From a virus (lineage: Duplodnaviria; Caudoviricetes), in the IMG/VR virus record IMGVR_UViG_3300031998_000067, positions 4,153-68,152 of that record: a DNA stretch of 64,000 nucleotides. The stretch is one strand, 5' to 3'. Below are positions 39,060 to 48,517 of this stretch, in pieces (position 1 is the first letter of the stretch; every line of letters begins with the position of its first letter). Both the position numbers and the translations under genes were made by a program. The notes below the pieces were generated by a model. That model did not search any database. It saw only the letters and a program-made list of their open reading frames with translations, and was not told the origin of the DNA.

Positions 39060-39319
39060 TAACTCATTGATTATCAATAAGTTATAAATGTTTATCTTAT
39101 AGGTATAAGGTAGCCGGGGCATTTGTAACAACTTTGTTACTTTTCCCGTCCGGGGCGCTCCGCAAGGGGCGGAATTCACCCCCTACAAGGGGCAAAATCC
39201 CATATTTAGAAACCGTCTAAATATATTTTCTAACTCATTGATTATCAACAACTTACAAGTATAAAATTATTCAAATAAGATGTAAATTTTTTTCTAACTT
39301 ATTGAATATCAAGCACTTA
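39060..39319. repeat. three copies of an imperfect palindrome
   Basis: TAACTCATTGATTATCAATAAGTTA at 39060; variants at 39231 and 39295. Confidence 0.75.
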
Positions 39320-39355
39320 CAAAGACGAAAAAAGTGCAAAAAAAGTTGTAAAAAG

Positions 39356-39386
39356 TTTGTTTTGTCAATTCTTTTTATTATATTTG
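39356..39386 (+). promoter_or_regulatory. consensus early promoter
   Basis: TTTG-N19-TATATTTG. Confidence 0.75.
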
Positions 39387-39488
39387 TATTGAAATAGTTC
39401 TTTGATATACTGAAATTCTGAAAGGGGGATTTTGCGCCCTGGTGCGTATTTATTAAAATTTTTTAATAACTTATAAAACCCCTGAATT

Positions 39489-39986
39489 ATGACTAAATTA
39501 GAATTTGTTGTTAACTCCCTTTTTGAAAACAACGCTGCAAGCAAAATCAACGGATTTGCAAAGTACGAAAAAATCGTATCTTTTTACACTGCAAACAAAA
39601 TCGCTTTGCCTGTTTCCCTTACTTTTGTAGAAACAAAAAGCGCTGCAAGATTGACAAAGGACGAAACTATTTCCATACAAAGGGCGTATATTTCGGAGCT
39701 GAAAGCCGGAAACGTAACGCCTGAAACGGAAAGCAATTTCAACGCAATAGGCAAAGAAGACGAAAAAGTTACGTTTTCTAATACGGTTGTTTTTTCGGAG
39801 TGCTGCAAGGTTGTCGGATATTCCGCAACGGCTGCAAAACTTGTCGAAAGACTTTCCCCGAAACAATTAGAAGACTACCAGAAGACAACCCGCAACGGAA
39901 ACGCTCTGTTTTCCGTTTCCGAAATTCCCGCTATTATTGAAATGCTTTCCAAAATAGCGGAAAACGCTAATAAAGAAAGCAAATAA
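39489..39986 (+). CDS. AT-rich hypothetical protein
   Basis: 165-aa ORF after the promoter, followed by the 11-bp hairpin at 40022-40052. Confidence 0.7.
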   Translation: MTKLEFVVNSLFENNAASKINGFAKYEKIVSFYTANKIALPVSLTFVETKSAARLTKDETISIQRAYISELKAGNVTPETESNFNAIGKEDEKVTFSNTVVFSECCKVVGYSATAAKLVERLSPKQLEDYQKTTRNGNALFSVSEIPAIIEMLSKIAENANKESK

Positions 39987-40157
39987 AACCTTTTTCCCCT
40001 TTCAGAATTCAGTATTACAATAACCCCGGAAATTTTCAACGTTTCCGGGGTTACTTTGTTTTGTGTGGATTGAAACCCACACAAAGCGCAAAACAAATTG
40101 CAGTAAGACCGCCCAGGGCGCGAAGTATGGGACGGCGTGCGTAATTCCTTGACATAG

Positions 40158-40183
40158 CGAACGAACGGAACGAACGAACGGAA
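40158..40183 (+). repeat. tandem 13-mer CGAACGAACGGAA x2
   Basis: Read directly; embedded in GAACG-rich DNA. Confidence 0.85.
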
Positions 40184-40582
40184 CGACCAGGGCAGCAGCT
40201 CAGGCCGTGAAATTTTGTGCGCTCCGGGGAACGTCGCAGCTCTGCACCGTAGCATGGACGGGCCGGTGGTGAACGAATCCGAACGCGGGGAACGAGTTTC
40301 CCCAGGGCGAACGGCAGAACGTGATGAACGAGCAGAACGGTTGTGTTTGCAGCCAGTTCGATTTCACCACCGAAATAGTGAATGATTGATTGAACGAGTG
40401 CGGAACGGCTTGCGAGATTCTGGGTGTAAATCCAGGATCACGTCACAGACATTCAGAAATTCATCTTGACCGATGGACGGACGAGGAAAACAGGAACAGG
40501 ACAAGTCATAAAAACGCACTGGCGGAGGGTGGAGGAATCTGCCTTCCGTTTCCAATTCAACAACAACCAATCAACAACAACC

Positions 40583-40801
40583 ATGTGCAAAGTAAGTATT
40601 ATTCACGTTGCTTGCCAGGCGGGCAGCGAGGACGGCCGGAATTTCCCGGTTGAGAACCACGAAGAAATTATGAACATCTTTTCCCGTCAGTTTGAGGACG
40701 AGCGTGCTCAGGCAGCTTACTGCTCGAATTTCCTTGCGGAGATGGGGAACCGCATTTCTCCGGTGAACGGCATACCGATGCGTCAGTATGCGTGTGCATA
40801 A
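40583..40801 (+). CDS. array ORF, hypothetical
   Basis: ATG after the leader motif at 40566. Confidence 0.6.
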   Translation: MCKVSIIHVACQAGSEDGRNFPVENHEEIMNIFSRQFEDERAQAAYCSNFLAEMGNRISPVNGIPMRQYACA

Positions 40802-40869
40802 AGTGATTGTGTAGGTGGATTTGATTATCCGCCTACGCGCCAAATGTTTAACCAATCAAAATAGCTATT

Positions 40870-41118
40870 ATGAAAAAGATTATTTGCAGAGTTATCGAAC
40901 GACTGTTCCCCGAACAAGTTGCAAAGATTCGTGAAACGAACCGTGCCAGACGGGCTGCGATTCAGGTACTGCTCAACGTGAGCGGTGGTCTGCGTCGATC
41001 CGGATGCACGACCAGCGAAACGAACCGTGCACTGCGCAGTGCATTGAGCGCCTACGAACTGGGCGATTACGAGCATGTTCACGAACGTGCGGAACGTGCG
41101 GCGATAGCGAACGGTTGA
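40870..41118 (+). CDS. array ORF, hypothetical
   Basis: Leader at 40851. Confidence 0.65.
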   Translation: MKKIICRVIERLFPEQVAKIRETNRARRAAIQVLLNVSGGLRRSGCTTSETNRALRSALSAYELGDYEHVHERAERAAIANG

Positions 41119-41217
41119 CGAACGAACCGTATCCTGGATGCATCATCCTGACCGGTGTTGCATCCGCGAATTTTCACATTCACAATTATCAATCAACCAA
41201 TCAAAATCACAAGTATT

Positions 41218-41658
41218 ATGAAAAAAATGACTGTTACCGAACTGAACGCCCTCACCGACTACGTAGTGGAAAGCGTACTTGCATCCAAGCGCGACGAGGT
41301 TAAGAAATCCGTTTCCACGATCTCGGAGAACGAGTTGAACGAACTGCTCGCAAGGGCGGAAGAACTGGTCAAGGCCAAGAACGATGCGTACAACGCGCTG
41401 GAGGAGGCGAAGAAACGGCTCGATGAGTTTGAGAAAGGTCTTTTCGACAAGAATTTCCAGGGCCGTTACGTGTACGTGGATGGCTACTATTCCTCCACCA
41501 CGAAGATTCAGGAGTACAACGACGACACGCTGTTCAAGGGCACTAAATTCGAGCCGTGGATTCTCCGCAAGGACGTGGAGCGCAAGTTGGTCCTGAAGAA
41601 CCTCGGTTCGGAGGTGGACGTGGAGAGTTTCATCAAGGAACTGGTCGCGTCCTACTAA
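41218..41658 (+). CDS. array ORF, coiled-coil protein
   Basis: Leader at 41196. Confidence 0.75.
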   Translation: MKKMTVTELNALTDYVVESVLASKRDEVKKSVSTISENELNELLARAEELVKAKNDAYNALEEAKKRLDEFEKGLFDKNFQGRYVYVDGYYSSTTKIQEYNDDTLFKGTKFEPWILRKDVERKLVLKNLGSEVDVESFIKELVASY

Positions 41659-41724
41659 CCGATTTTTGGGTGCAGAATCCTGGCCGATTCTGCATTCACC
41701 ATTTCAACCAATCACAAACGAACC

Positions 41725-41919
41725 ATGGAAAAGACCTACGAATGTTGTCCGCACTGCGGTGCGGAGGTAGAGCTGGATGCAGAATTGAAGGTACAGAAAT
41801 GCCCGAACTGCGGAAAGCACATAGTAACGTGCAGTATGTGTATGAACGGCGAACTGGGCCGTCCGTGCACGTATGACTGCTGCCTTGAAATCCTGGCTCA
41901 TCACCTCAACGGTGAATGA
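41725..41919 (+). CDS. array ORF, Zn-ribbon protein
   Basis: CPHC, CPNC and CSMC pairs; leader at 41707. Confidence 0.7.
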   Translation: MEKTYECCPHCGAEVELDAELKVQKCPNCGKHIVTCSMCMNGELGRPCTYDCCLEILAHHLNGE

Positions 41920-41978
41920 ACGGTTGCGGAGCGAGTGATATTGCTCCGCAGCGCAAATCAACCAATCAACGAACTATT

Positions 41979-42419
41979 ATGAGAACACGTAAATTCAAGA
42001 CCTTGCGTGGATGGTTGAATTTTCTCAACCAACGCAGACCACGAACGAGCGCAAAGGGCAATCCGGAAATTTTCGAACCTCTGGACGAGTTTTTTAAGGA
42101 GGAACGGCATTTTGCCTATTTCTCCAACGTCTTCAAGGCGAACGAAAAATGGCACAGTGAAAATGTGATCCTCCCCTGGGAGGAGAAATATCCCGTCGCC
42201 CTTGCAATCGTGAACTACCACTGGAAATCACGCACGAAATCAGACCGTGAACGAATCGCAACGAACCTTGCGAAAGGCTACGGAGATTTGAGTTTTCTCC
42301 AGTGCTTTGCGGTGTCAATGGAGCGCGTGAACGGCAAGTGGCAGTATGTATTCTGCTCAAACGGCCTGAGCGGTCCGAGCTACGATTACTGCAAGCGAGA
42401 ATACGTGCGCAGTATCTGA
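41979..42419 (+). CDS. array ORF, hypothetical
   Basis: Leader at 41961. Confidence 0.7.
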   Translation: MRTRKFKTLRGWLNFLNQRRPRTSAKGNPEIFEPLDEFFKEERHFAYFSNVFKANEKWHSENVILPWEEKYPVALAIVNYHWKSRTKSDRERIATNLAKGYGDLSFLQCFAVSMERVNGKWQYVFCSNGLSGPSYDYCKREYVRSI

Positions 42420-42480
42420 ACGGTTGGCGGTTCCCGAAACGAACCGTCGGCCACCAATTCAATCTTCAAAATTCACAATT

Positions 42481-42783
42481 ATGAGCAAAAGTATCTATTG
42501 CGTCAAACACGAGTGGTTTGACGAGAGCGGAAACAAACTGGAATCCAAGTGCGTGACGCACGCCTGGTTTTCCGCATACTCACGCGCGGTGGACGAATTT
42601 GAATCACGTCTGACGAACCTCTACGACAAGGTTTATCCGAATCGACGAGTTGAACGGATTTCTCCAGCCACCGGATTTTCACCCGTGGACGGAACCTACG
42701 AACTATCCGCCGCAAAAGTGTATGCGAAACCGGAGGAGCAGAGCTGCATTCGCGTGGCACTTTGTGCCGTGGACTTGCAGTGA
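42481..42783 (+). CDS. array ORF, hypothetical
   Basis: Variant leader at 42453. Confidence 0.65.
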   Translation: MSKSIYCVKHEWFDESGNKLESKCVTHAWFSAYSRAVDEFESRLTNLYDKVYPNRRVERISPATGFSPVDGTYELSAAKVYAKPEEQSCIRVALCAVDLQ

Positions 42784-42847
42784 ACCATTTGCCTGGGCGT
42801 CCTTGGCCGGACAAACGGGCACCAACCAATCAATAAAACACACTATT

Positions 42848-43486
42848 ATGAACGACATCGCAAAAATGAGGAAGGAATTTGACGAGAAAATTCGCCTCGC
42901 AGAACTGGAGAATCAGTACAACGAACAGTTGGAAAAGGTCGGCCTTTCGATGAGTATTTTTACCACCGACAAGACCGGTCGTAATCTTGCGAGCATACAC
43001 AAGACGACCGACGACCGCTACCGCAATCCGTTTGACGGGCACGATGCGCAGAATCTTCTGCGGATTTTACCTATGACGGAGAGCAAGAGCGTGTACGTGG
43101 GCGACCACAAGTATGAACCGCTACCGTGCGAGATGGAAACATACCGCGCACCGAAATCTGCGAGAACGAACCTCTGCGTCAAGTACATCCACGACAACCT
43201 GGAGATATGGTTCGAGCTGCCCATCAACGAGCAGAACAACGAACTGATGCAGTATTTCCAGCGCACACAGCGTGAACTGGATAACAGCGAGATAGGGTTG
43301 TACTACGGATGTGTTTCTCCCAGGGAGAAATCGCGCTTGCAGATGCTCCCTTTCCTCACGTTCAACTGTGGACGGATCGTCCGTTTTCAGGGTGGCCATC
43401 ACAAGCAGATTTCCGAGGGCCACATCTCTTGCATCATAGCAAGCATCGAGAACGACGATTTCTCCTGGGAGCGCGTGAGTGAGTAA
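42848..43486 (+). CDS. array ORF, hypothetical
   Basis: Leader at 42825. Confidence 0.75.
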   Translation: MNDIAKMRKEFDEKIRLAELENQYNEQLEKVGLSMSIFTTDKTGRNLASIHKTTDDRYRNPFDGHDAQNLLRILPMTESKSVYVGDHKYEPLPCEMETYRAPKSARTNLCVKYIHDNLEIWFELPINEQNNELMQYFQRTQRELDNSEIGLYYGCVSPREKSRLQMLPFLTFNCGRIVRFQGGHHKQISEGHISCIIASIENDDFSWERVSE

Positions 43487-43548
43487 CGAACCGTTGCGTG
43501 GAGGGTGAATCTTCCACGCAGCACCAACCAACCAATCGAATCATAACA

Positions 43549-43842
43549 ATGTATTACAACGTAAGCGTATTGTTCTGCGAGTACGAGAATGGCATTTACC
43601 AACATCTGCCGTTTGCGTCGCCCGTGGTACGAACCGAGGAAGAGGCACAGAAACTCTTCGACTACGAACTGAAAGCCTACACAAACAACTGGCGCGGTAA
43701 CGAGCTGTTGTATGACAAGCCGGTTGACCGGACGCAGTTTCACAACGTCCGCCAGGCGCTCGTGAAATGCAACGAGGCTGCGTATGTGCACGGCTACTAT
43801 CTGCTTGAACTCAACGAGTGGAGTATCAATCCGCACGAATGA
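43549..43842 (+). CDS. array ORF, hypothetical
   Basis: Leader at 43531. Confidence 0.7.
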   Translation: MYYNVSVLFCEYENGIYQHLPFASPVVRTEEEAQKLFDYELKAYTNNWRGNELLYDKPVDRTQFHNVRQALVKCNEAAYVHGYYLLELNEWSINPHE

Positions 43843-43904
43843 GTGCTATTTCTCCCGGCTCCTGAACGAACCGGGAGGAACCGAACCAATCAAATCAAGT
43901 AACT

Positions 43905-44219
43905 ATGACACACAACTACAACATTTGGCTTTGGCCGGGCGCTGGTTACTGCCTGGACGGGCCGTGGGAAATCAAGGATGCAAGTTGCGAGGAGCACGCA
44001 ATCGAACTACTCGTGACCGACTTGATCGCAAAGGAGAGCTGGTGCTATTTGCTCAAAGAAGATGAGTATGAAAAGACGTGCCGTGAACTCGGTTACAATC
44101 CCGATGAACACGATGGCGACGATTTGGAGGGATGGTTGTACGTGGATGCAACAATGGAAGGTGCGCCCTATCCGGTGTATCTGCGGATCGAGAATATGCG
44201 CATCGATGAAATCAAGTGA
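43905..44219 (+). CDS. array ORF, acidic hypothetical
   Basis: Leader at 43885. Confidence 0.7.
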   Translation: MTHNYNIWLWPGAGYCLDGPWEIKDASCEEHAIELLVTDLIAKESWCYLLKEDEYEKTCRELGYNPDEHDGDDLEGWLYVDATMEGAPYPVYLRIENMRIDEIK

Positions 44220-44278
44220 TTTGCTCCGGCGGATTTGAGCGTCCGCCAGGGCGCCAACAACCAATCTACACAATCACT

Positions 44279-44548
44279 ATGCTTAAAGACAGAGTAAAAG
44301 AACTAATCGACCGCTACGAAGAGGGCGAAGAATGCCTCACTCCGAGCGACGTCCAAGAGGAACTTGAAAATATCCTCACAGACGAACCGTATGACAGTGT
44401 GAACCTCAAACTCGAGATGGATTTGCAAGACGCACTACACGACTACATCATCGCTCAGCACGACGCGGAGCGTGGTGGTGGCCGCATCCCGGACGGTGGC
44501 GACGAATTTATCGAAGCCGTGGAGCGAATCATCGGCTACAATGACTAA
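44279..44548 (+). CDS. array ORF, strongly acidic protein
   Basis: Leader at 44260; D/E-rich. Confidence 0.7.
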   Translation: MLKDRVKELIDRYEEGEECLTPSDVQEELENILTDEPYDSVNLKLEMDLQDALHDYIIAQHDAERGGGRIPDGGDEFIEAVERIIGYND

Positions 44549-44606
44549 CCGTTCCTTGCGGGAGTGAAATTCCGCAAGGGAGCCAACCAATCAAATATCT
44601 ATCACT

Positions 44607-45251
44607 ATGCGAACCATTACATTTAACGTGTACCAACTGGACGAGTTGTCCGAGGGTGCAAGGAAGAACGCCATTGATAACGTGCGCTCCAAGGTAGGCG
44701 ATATGCTCTGCGATTTCGACGCGGACGATTACCGCTCCACTCTGGAGGAGATCGAGAAAATCTTCGGCATCAAAGTGTACGACTGGAGCGTCGGTTATCC
44801 CGGCACCTATTCTCGCTGGCGTTTCACCGACGAACGGTGGAGCGAGATGAGCGATGATCCGAAATTCCTCGTGCGCTACTGGAACGCCGTGGAGCGGTAT
44901 TGCAGAAAGGGACGTTACTATTCCGGACATTGGAGGAACGTTCCGAAAAGCAAGGAGCATCCGGCTGGATTGTCTTGCCTCACGCGGTACAGCAAGGTTA
45001 TGTGGGAGCGTAACTATGCTCTCACCGGAACCTGGACTTCAAGCGTCGTGGATGATTACACCGGAAAGAAAATCTGGGAGTATGTGCGCAAACGCAGAAC
45101 GATTGAGGATTTCGTGGACGATATGCTCTATGATTTCTTCAAGCAGTGGGAGCGCGACCAGGATGCGAACTACGAGGATGAGGCCATAGAAGACACTATC
45201 CTCGGGAATGACTACGAATTCACCGAAAACGGTGTTCGTTACGTCGCATAA
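44607..45251 (+). CDS. array ORF, conserved mobile-element protein
   Basis: VYQLDELSEGARKNAI and EAIEDTILGNDYEFTENG, a widespread phage/plasmid pattern. Confidence 0.75.
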   Translation: MRTITFNVYQLDELSEGARKNAIDNVRSKVGDMLCDFDADDYRSTLEEIEKIFGIKVYDWSVGYPGTYSRWRFTDERWSEMSDDPKFLVRYWNAVERYCRKGRYYSGHWRNVPKSKEHPAGLSCLTRYSKVMWERNYALTGTWTSSVVDDYTGKKIWEYVRKRRTIEDFVDDMLYDFFKQWERDQDANYEDEAIEDTILGNDYEFTENGVRYVA

Positions 45252-45311
45252 CATCTGCCATGGCGGCATTGAACCGCCGCCGTGGCGCCACACCAATCAA
45301 ATTCAAGCACT

Positions 45312-45572
45312 ATGAACACACAAACACGCAACGAGATTGCATCTTGGCTCTTCGATAGAGTGGGCCAAGGCAAGCGCGAAGAAGTCGGCTCTATGGATTT
45401 CGACACCTTCAACGACGGACAAGAAGAGTTCCGTGTAACCATTATGAAAGATGAGGACGACAAGTACCAGGTCTGGATGATGGACTATGCGATTCCCGAT
45501 TTCACAATCGAGCAGAACACCACGGAGGAACTGATACAGACCGCCATTGATTTGTGGTACGAAACGCTTTGA
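45312..45572 (+). CDS. array ORF, acidic hypothetical
   Basis: Leader at 45292. Confidence 0.7.
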   Translation: MNTQTRNEIASWLFDRVGQGKREEVGSMDFDTFNDGQEEFRVTIMKDEDDKYQVWMMDYAIPDFTIEQNTTEELIQTAIDLWYETL

Positions 45573-45575
45573 GCC

Positions 45576-45794
45576 ATGGAAGAAGAAAACCCTATCTGGA
45601 AACTGATCGAGCGCATCGAGAATGCGTTTTCGAAGGATGATTTGAAATCGGCACCACGCGAGGTGCTGGAGCAAGTCATTGCTGACACTTACGACGGACT
45701 GTGCGCCATCGCTGATTCCCAGGTTGACCCGTGGGAAAGGGATGATGTTGCGCTCGCAGAAATCCGCAACCGAATCTTGTCTGTGCGCTCTTGA
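45576..45794 (+). CDS. array ORF, hypothetical
   Basis: Starts 3 nt after the upstream stop. Confidence 0.6.
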   Translation: MEEENPIWKLIERIENAFSKDDLKSAPREVLEQVIADTYDGLCAIADSQVDPWERDDVALAEIRNRILSVRS

Positions 45795-45978
45795 CCGAGC
45801 GCATAGGCGCCAATCCAAAATTATTCATTATCTTTGCAGACAGCAACACGCAGGGATGCGTGACATAATAAAAGGGAGACTGTCGTGAGACAGCCGTGAG
45901 TTATTAAAAAATTTTCTGGCCAGTCATTCGGGAACGAGTGGCTGGCTTCCATTTTACAACCAATCAAATCACATACTT

Positions 45979-46359
45979 ATGGACGAAAAAATCATTTTGA
46001 GGCCCGCGCAGTATTATCTCTGCGACCGGGAGAAAGAAATCGAGCCCGGCAAGAAGTATCTCTGCGAGACCGGCTCGTCTTACGAAATGAACCTCACCCT
46101 GACGTGTGAGCAAATCCAGCAAGGCTATCACTCCGGCTCTTGTGATGCCGACGTGGAGGCCCTTATGGAAGCGCCCGAGGTCAAGGCTCAGCTTGACGCC
46201 ATTCCCGACGACACACTCAACAAGTGGTGGGAGAACGATATGTTCGTGGACGACACTCCGGAAGAGCACCAGAACGCCACTCGCAAGCAGCGCCTTGCGT
46301 GGCTCGTGTTTGACTGCTGCGCCAACGCAATCGATGGCTACTGCTATGAGATGAAGTGA
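45979..46359 (+). CDS. array ORF, acidic hypothetical
   Basis: Leader at 45959. Confidence 0.7.
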   Translation: MDEKIILRPAQYYLCDREKEIEPGKKYLCETGSSYEMNLTLTCEQIQQGYHSGSCDADVEALMEAPEVKAQLDAIPDDTLNKWWENDMFVDDTPEEHQNATRKQRLAWLVFDCCANAIDGYCYEMK

Positions 46360-46360
46360 T

Positions 46361-46576
46361 ATGGCAAAGCGTAGAACACTCCGAGAGAGGGTTGCCGAAC
46401 TCAATGAGATTCTTGGCGACCACCCGAAGTTTCATTTCGGCATCATCCAGAACTACACGGAGCACCGCTATCCGTATGCTCTTGTGTGGAACTGTTGCGG
46501 TGCGGTGGAACGTAGTCTTTCCTTCCGCGAGATGAAACAAATGGCCATCCAACTGCACGCAGAAATCGCGCAGTAA
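46361..46576 (+). CDS. array ORF, hypothetical
   Basis: Coupled to the upstream stop. Confidence 0.6.
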   Translation: MAKRRTLRERVAELNEILGDHPKFHFGIIQNYTEHRYPYALVWNCCGAVERSLSFREMKQMAIQLHAEIAQ

Positions 46577-46640
46577 CTCTTTACTCTCTGCCCATTGAAC
46601 CGGACAGAGGGTGCCACAAACCAATCAAATCTTTACTATC

Positions 46641-46907
46641 ATGAAAATCGTATCATTAAACCACGAAAGCAACGACGTAGAGTTTTTCTACCTCACAGAC
46701 GAGTATGCCAAATGGTGCATCGACCACGCAATCGGCGACGAAGAGTACGAAGAGCCTGAGTGCTTCAACAACTTTATGACCGATTTCTTCCGTGATCTCG
46801 GATATGACAATCCGGAGTTTAAGTCCTTTATGCGAATCGACGATGATGATACTCCGGTGAATATCCTGGAGGCTTATCCCGATGAGCATATCATCGAAAC
46901 CATCTAA
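46641..46907 (+). CDS. array ORF, strongly acidic protein
   Basis: Leader at 46620. Confidence 0.7.
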   Translation: MKIVSLNHESNDVEFFYLTDEYAKWCIDHAIGDEEYEEPECFNNFMTDFFRDLGYDNPEFKSFMRIDDDDTPVNILEAYPDEHIIETI

Positions 46908-46918
46908 TCCGGCGTGCT

Positions 46919-47248
46919 ATGAAAGCAAGACTTTATCGTGCGACTGGCGAGGCCAGAAACTACGTCGATGGCTACACGCTCTATTTCCCGTACCCGAAAT
47001 GGTATCGGGAAGAGCTGCCTTACTATTCTATCGGGTGCTTCCTCGGATGCTCCCCGGCAAGGGACGGAACGATGATCCGTTGCAACTGGGACGAGATGGA
47101 CGAGAAGTACACTTTCAAGGGCCTTGGCCGAAAGGTAAAAATTGAGTCTATGCCCGAACCTTTCCAGAAAGAGGTTGCAAGGATGCAAGCACTCTGGGAC
47201 GAGGCGTGCAAGACACGCAATTTCGACCGGTGGAATAAGGAGGCGTAA
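46919..47248 (+). CDS. array ORF, hypothetical
   Basis: Ends at the terminator hairpin at 47251. Confidence 0.7.
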   Translation: MKARLYRATGEARNYVDGYTLYFPYPKWYREELPYYSIGCFLGCSPARDGTMIRCNWDEMDEKYTFKGLGRKVKIESMPEPFQKEVARMQALWDEACKTRNFDRWNKEA

Positions 47249-47250
47249 AG

Positions 47251-47345
47251 AAAAACCCCAGACGTGTCTGGGGTTCCCCGCCGGACGGATTCCGGCATCT
47301 TTAAGCACTTTTCAAGTATGCGCTTCAAATTCATCTTGAAAATCG
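47251..47345 (-). ncRNA. candidate small RNA
   Basis: Minus-strand promoter TTTG-N20-TACCTTTA, two stems and a terminator. Confidence 0.4.
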
Positions 47346-47480
47346 GGCGGATAAAGGTAGTAATTTCTAACTACTAATCCAAATCCGAGCGCGGAGGGAC
47401 ACGCCTCCGCGTGTGCTTTCTGTATGGGAAAGCGGACTTGACCGTCCGCCTTCCCTCCAATCAACCAATCAATTACAGCT

Positions 47481-47912
47481 ATGTACACCAGTGAAATTCA
47501 AAAGAGGCTTATGAACCTCATCGACAAGCACCAGACAACCTACAACCGTGCTTATGGTCTTGCTCTATACAACGGAGCCAACCCGAAAGAAATGACCGAT
47601 TCGTACCACCTTGCTCTCTGGTTCGAGGGTGCGGATGCGGGCGTCAAGAATGACTTCTTGTCAATCTTTGACAACTCATTCTCCGACACCGGCCTTCGCA
47701 TCTGCGACGTGTGCGGAAAGTTCATCACCGAGGGCTATCTGCTCCACGGCCTTGACGACTACGCTTGCTCCAGGGAATGTGCAATCAAAATCTTCCAGTG
47801 GAACGGACTGGATGCTTCTCTCTCGCCTGAAGAGGCAGAGAAGAGACTTGACCGCGCTCTGGAGGAGGACGAAGACGACAACTTCTGGACGGAGTGGTAT
47901 CAGGAATTGTAG
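47481..47912 (+). CDS. array ORF with Zn-finger
   Basis: CDVC and CSREC; leader at 47464. Confidence 0.7.
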   Translation: MYTSEIQKRLMNLIDKHQTTYNRAYGLALYNGANPKEMTDSYHLALWFEGADAGVKNDFLSIFDNSFSDTGLRICDVCGKFITEGYLLHGLDDYACSRECAIKIFQWNGLDASLSPEEAEKRLDRALEEDEDDNFWTEWYQEL

Positions 47913-47968
47913 GGGCGAAACCCTACTTTTCCACCAAACTTATGTTCAACCTTTTAATTCACAACATT

Positions 47969-48505
47969 ATGGAACCAAAAATTATTTTCAAGGATGGTCG
48001 TGAGGGCGAAATGACACTCGACGCTATCAAGGGCATCGCTATCCCGAGGATTGACGGTGAAACAATCTTGGTTTACCCGAAGTACAAGGACTGCATCCTA
48101 CTCGACGAGAACCGCATCCGCGATTGGAAAGAACCCGAGCACGATGAAATCGACGCTCTGTTCGTGGACGCGGACCGCAGTAAGGAGGTAACCGACGATC
48201 TGCTCGCGCTGGATAGCCCGGCGGCAAAGCATGTCCGCAGTGTCGGAGAGCAGTTCAACATCCCGAGTCTGCTCACCGTCGGAGCAATCTGGAAATACCG
48301 TAAGGACATCAATGCCCTTGCAAAGAATATCTCCGGCGCAGACCTTCTCCGCGAACGTCCGTACCTCTGGTCTTGCTGCCGTGGCGGCGCCTACTACGCT
48401 TGGATTGCCCTCGGCTACAACGGGTTCTTCAGCGGCATCAATATGTATTACAGCGTTACCGTTGTGCCCGTGTCGCATCTTAACCTGAGCGAAAGCGAGG
48501 CTTAA
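47969..48505 (+). CDS. DGR target 2, stand-alone CLec-like protein (about 178 aa)
   Basis: ATG 47969; FNIPSLLTV...INALA...YLWSCCR; ends in VR2. Confidence 0.9.
   Translation: MEPKIIFKDGREGEMTLDAIKGIAIPRIDGETILVYPKYKDCILLDENRIRDWKEPEHDEIDALFVDADRSKEVTDDLLALDSPAAKHVRSVGEQFNIPSLLTVGAIWKYRKDINALAKNISGADLLRERPYLWSCCRGGAYYAWIALGYNGFFSGINMYYSVTVVPVSHLNLSESEA
48360..48477 (+). repeat. DGR variable repeat VR2
   Basis: 118 bp matching TR 12674-12791; 18 mismatches, all at TR adenines. Confidence 0.97.
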
Positions 48506-48517
48506 TCCTTATTCCTT

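Noticed and set aside
45882-45893. 23S rRNA-like GTCGTGAGACAG
   Set aside because: Only 12 nt, explained by a GNRA hairpin; no flanking rRNA similarity.
47023-47334. 103-aa minus-strand ORF
   Set aside because: Runs through a terminator and overlaps a well-supported plus-strand gene; the sRNA reading fits better.
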